Positions 60,190 to 64,000 of a stretch of DNA of 64,000 nt are shown piece by piece. Source of the stretch: the human T2T-CHM13v2.0 reference genome, Homo sapiens. Under the pieces are notes generated by a model. It had not been told where the DNA came from, did not search any database, and was given only the letters and a program-made list of their open reading frames with translations. Numbering within the stretch: position 1 is the first letter of the stretch; each line of letters begins with the position of its first letter. The stretch lies in assembly GCF_009914755.1 (NCBI RefSeq), contig NC_060930.1. The stretch is one strand, 5' to 3'. The translations under genes were made by a program, and so were the position numbers.

Positions 60190-60680
60190 GAGAATGTGTA
60201 ATCAGTCCCCTTGTTTCAGAAGAAGAATGAGGCTCAAAGAAGATAAATGACTTGCCCAAGATCCTCCAGCTATACCACAGCAGGGGCAAGGCTACAACTC
60301 AGACTCCTAACAACTTGTTCAGTGCTATATCTGCCACGTTAAACCTCTGAAAAGTTATTTATAAACTGAAGTTCTGTAAATAAGTCCTATTTTGAATCTG
60401 AGGTTAACCAGACGTGAAAAAATGGTCACTATTCTATAAACCCATTTTTGTAAATAGACAATAGGGATTCATATGTATTAAGTACTGACCACTATTCTAA
60501 AAGCTTTCCCTATCATAACACTTAAGCCACACACAGCCATATGAGGTTTGGACTCCATTTTATAAGTGAGTAAACTGAGGCACAGAGAGATTAGGTAACC
60601 TGCTTAAGGTCATAAGTGAATTGGTTGGCAAAGCCTAGACCGTGCAATTCCAGAGCTGAAGCTTTTGACTGTTACCCCAC
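60190..60680 (-). mobile_element. Two MIR fragments
   Basis: AATGAGGCTCAAAGAAGATAAATGACTTGCCCAAG and AAACTGAGGCACAGAGAGATTAGGTAACCTGCTTAAGGTCA. Confidence 0.8.
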
Positions 60681-62152
60681 ACAGAGCTTGCTTAAAATGA
60701 GGCAGCAGCTGGACATGCTTTCACATAAATTGCCAAACATGAGCCACGGCTCTGAAAACTGAATAAAAATACACTGGATGTTGGCCTTGCAAGGATTTTC
60801 TCTTTAATCTTTAGGGATTAAGTTAAATGAGATAATCAGTTTGGAAAAGATAAAGCATACCACATTGAAGTGCAACGCAAACATTATGCATCTACTATGA
60901 AGATAATCTGTACAACCGATAGGTATTACTGTCCCACTTCACCATTGAGGAGACCAAAGTTAGCTTGTATGGGTACCACGAAGCAGAACCAGAATCTGAG
61001 TCTGAATCTCGTTTGACTCCCAACTTATCAACCTGCACTACCTCCCTCACTTCCCACCTCAGAGCTAGCTGGTTACCTAGCTACCTGGAACCTGGGGACC
61101 TCAGCCATTCCACTACAACATGGTTAGTGAGGTTACAATAATCACCTTGGAAATGATGAATGCTCAGGAGAGAGAACACACAGGTTCATCCAGCCCTGCT
61201 TGGTCTTAACGCTTCCCTTCAGGATGGGGCCACGCATAATCCAGAGTGCAGTGCATCAGCCTATAGAGGGCGCTCTTAAGTATCATAGCCAGATGTAAAA
61301 GAGCAAAATTCCTATAGGCAAAGAAATGTGGGCTGGGCGTTTTGGAATGCCATTCCTGGAGGGAGGTGTGGGTGAATGATTGCCAATTTTTCCGTTCTAA
61401 GCTTATCTTCATAGTTGTGAGCATTTTTCAGGTCCTCAAAAGAGTTAGTATCTAAGTATAAATTTTCTCTTTAAGGTGTTTGCTTAAAGAGGAAACATCT
61501 TTAAGAAGTGAAAGCTGAAGAATGGGGCCTAAGATCAAACTTCAAGGTGTTGGTGGCCTAAACGCCTGCCATCAAAGTAACACAACAGAATGATAACTTG
61601 GTAAACAGCAGCGAAGCTCAATAGATATTCTTCAAATTGATTTAAGTTGTGATAAAAACCCAACTAATGATTTTAAATATTTCTGTAGCTAGAACAACAT
61701 AGCAGAAAGACAACATCAAAATATTAACCATGATTACATTCTACATGACTAGATTACAAGGGGTTCTTTGCGACACTCTAATTTTTCTTCAGCGAACTTG
61801 TATTGCTTGGGTAATTACACATACACAAAAACCTTACTACTGTTCCTTTTAAAAAATTACTGAATAGAGTTTTTTAAAAAATTGCTAGACGTAGTTTCTT
61901 GCGGAAAATAATCAAATTCACGAGATTCTTGAGTCCAAATTTCCTTTATTTAGGTGGCTCCAAATTCTAAAAAAGCTTTTGCCTATAGCCCAATCTCATA
62001 GGCAGCATTTGAACAAAACATCCATCCAATGACTAGATCATCCCTTTAAAATCGCAACCTTTACAGTTAAATTCCAGTGGATAGGTCAAGTCATGGAAAA
62101 GCTGCAAGATGAGAACAGAAAACTGAGCAGTGCCAATGGGGATTGGAAGCTA

Positions 62153-62683
<531 letters not shown>

Positions 62684-63064
62684 TTATTTAACTTCTTCCC
62701 TAGCAGCCCTGCTGTGCTCAAACCACTGTGACAGGCTTTCCTTAAGGTGTTAGACAAGAGATAGCACAGAAGAGAGACAAGGCAAAAAATTTAGTACTAT
62801 TTTCCAGCCTAAACTAAACCTTTATTTTAGTCATGACTTTAAAAAATGTATTTGCGGGAATGACTCAACCCCTTGTTCCACCCCTTGCCTTGTGTATTCC
62901 TTCAGTGCCTAAGTTGATATTTGCAGCCACTACCTCACTCAGGATGCTTTGTTTTTATCATTTCAAAATACTCAAGTCCTTGCCCAAGCTGGGCAAAAGT
63001 GTCCAGTGGTGTCAAAACAAAGCAAAGCAGACCGGAGAGCCTCCTGCCAGAAAGATGCATTTAC

Positions 63065-63125
63065 CTTCACCAAAAACATCATCCTCTTCATCGACCAGGA
63101 GCTCCTCAGCATCAAAAAACTGCAT
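63065..63125 (-). CDS. RIPOR2: RIPOR2 distal alternative first coding exon (MQFFDAEELLVDEEDDVFGE|G)
   Basis: CCAAG-ATG start (A at -3), 61 coding nt, donor AAG|GTAAAT. The phase-1 end joins GA at 2884 to give GGA and an open frame into MLVGSQ. Matches the recalled long RIPOR2 isoform N-terminus. Confidence 0.9.
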
Positions 63126-63450
63126 CTTGGAGAGGACAGGCGCGAGAAGCAGCAGGCAGCAGCCCCGGCAGTCTCAGCAGTCACACTGCCGACCGAGGTG
63201 ATTTCCTTTCCTTGGGTTGCCCAAGCCCTCTGGAGGGCAGCTTCCGCATCTGCCCTGAAGAAAGCAGTTTCATTCATATGAATAGGCTTCTTGAGCCTTG
63301 TGAAGAGTGAATCCCAGGTGGGGTAATTCTCACCACTGAGGAGAAAGAATTTTTTGAAGAGGGCTGCAGATCCGGTTGGATATGAATACAGATATCACTC
63401 AAAGTCTGAATGCAATGAATTCTATTTCAAAGCAACAACTTTCATATTTC
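63126..63450 (-). promoter_or_regulatory. RIPOR2: 5' UTR and distal promoter of RIPOR2
   Basis: Repeat-free, locally GC/CpG-enriched sequence directly upstream of the first coding exon. The TSS cannot be fixed from sequence (about 63190 by recall). Confidence 0.6.
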
Positions 63451-64000
63451 CTTAAAGAGGAAGGTGGGTGCTTAACTTTCTTGCTTATGAATTTGAACAC
63501 AATGGGTTTTGTTGAAAGAGGGAGTTCATATTTCTCATATCTTGGTTTTGCTTCAATTACAATTTATCTGAAAGTAAAGCAAGCCACTATGTTAAACCAA
63601 AGCAGGCATTTAGAGGACAGAGCTTTTATTTTGCTCAGTAATAGTTGCATTTTTCTTTTCTTTTCTTTTCTTTTTTTCAAACCTCTTGCATTTAAGGATT
63701 GGAAACTTTACAGCATTTAAACCAAACTGAACCATATCTAGGCTTTATGTGGCTCGATTAAATCTATAGTCAATGAATAGATAACTGGTTTTGGTCAAAC
63801 ATCTTGCATTTCACAATATTTACTCAGTTTGATACTTCAGACTGTATCACTAAAGGAGAAAGAAGAAAATGTAACTCAAAAAGCAGTCCTCCCAAAGGGA
63901 TGAGTGAACACTGAGCTTCTACGCGAGCACCATTGGCTGGCATCACCATATCGAGCTACCCAACGTGTGCCAAATTCTGTCTGGCTGCACAAACAAACAC

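Noticed and set aside
62833-63310. Overlapping 110-129-aa plus-strand ORFs
   Set aside because: Antisense shadows of the GC-rich RIPOR2 first exon; no independent support.

Overview
Human (or closely related ape) genomic DNA, rich in Alu, L1, L2, MIR and LTR repeats. It covers the 5' part of RIPOR2 (FAM65B/C6orf32/PL48) on the minus strand. Four coding exons splice into one open frame: 63125-63065 (MQFFDAEELLVDEEDDVFGE|G), 2884-2758 ([17 protein letters not shown]...ERRS|R), 866-711 (CNSFIENSS...KNGL|D) and 26-1 (EYLEVHQT..., continuing out of the window). The roughly 60 kb first intron (2885-63064) holds a CpG-island alternative promoter at about 38 kb, a probable proximal promoter at about 4.4 kb next to a solo LTR10-type ERV1 LTR, about 30 Alu elements and a 1.1 kb CAC/CAT-based VNTR. 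Best leads: (1) the distal first exon encodes an almost perfect FFAT (VAP-binding) core, QFFDAEE, so promoter choice may switch an ER-tethering motif on or off; (2) a 17-codon uORF in the CpG-island first exon stops exactly at the splice donor; (3) a GC-AG intron whose acceptor is the known deafness splice site; (4) an AP-1/FOXO-bearing LTR10 beside the proximal promoter; (5) a dense POU/SOX motif cluster; (6) a locally templated 139-bp insertion, a fused inverted Alu chimera, a VNTR born inside a MIR, and an L2 RT fossil. Gene and repeat-family names come from recall, not database searches, and repeat boundaries are approximate.
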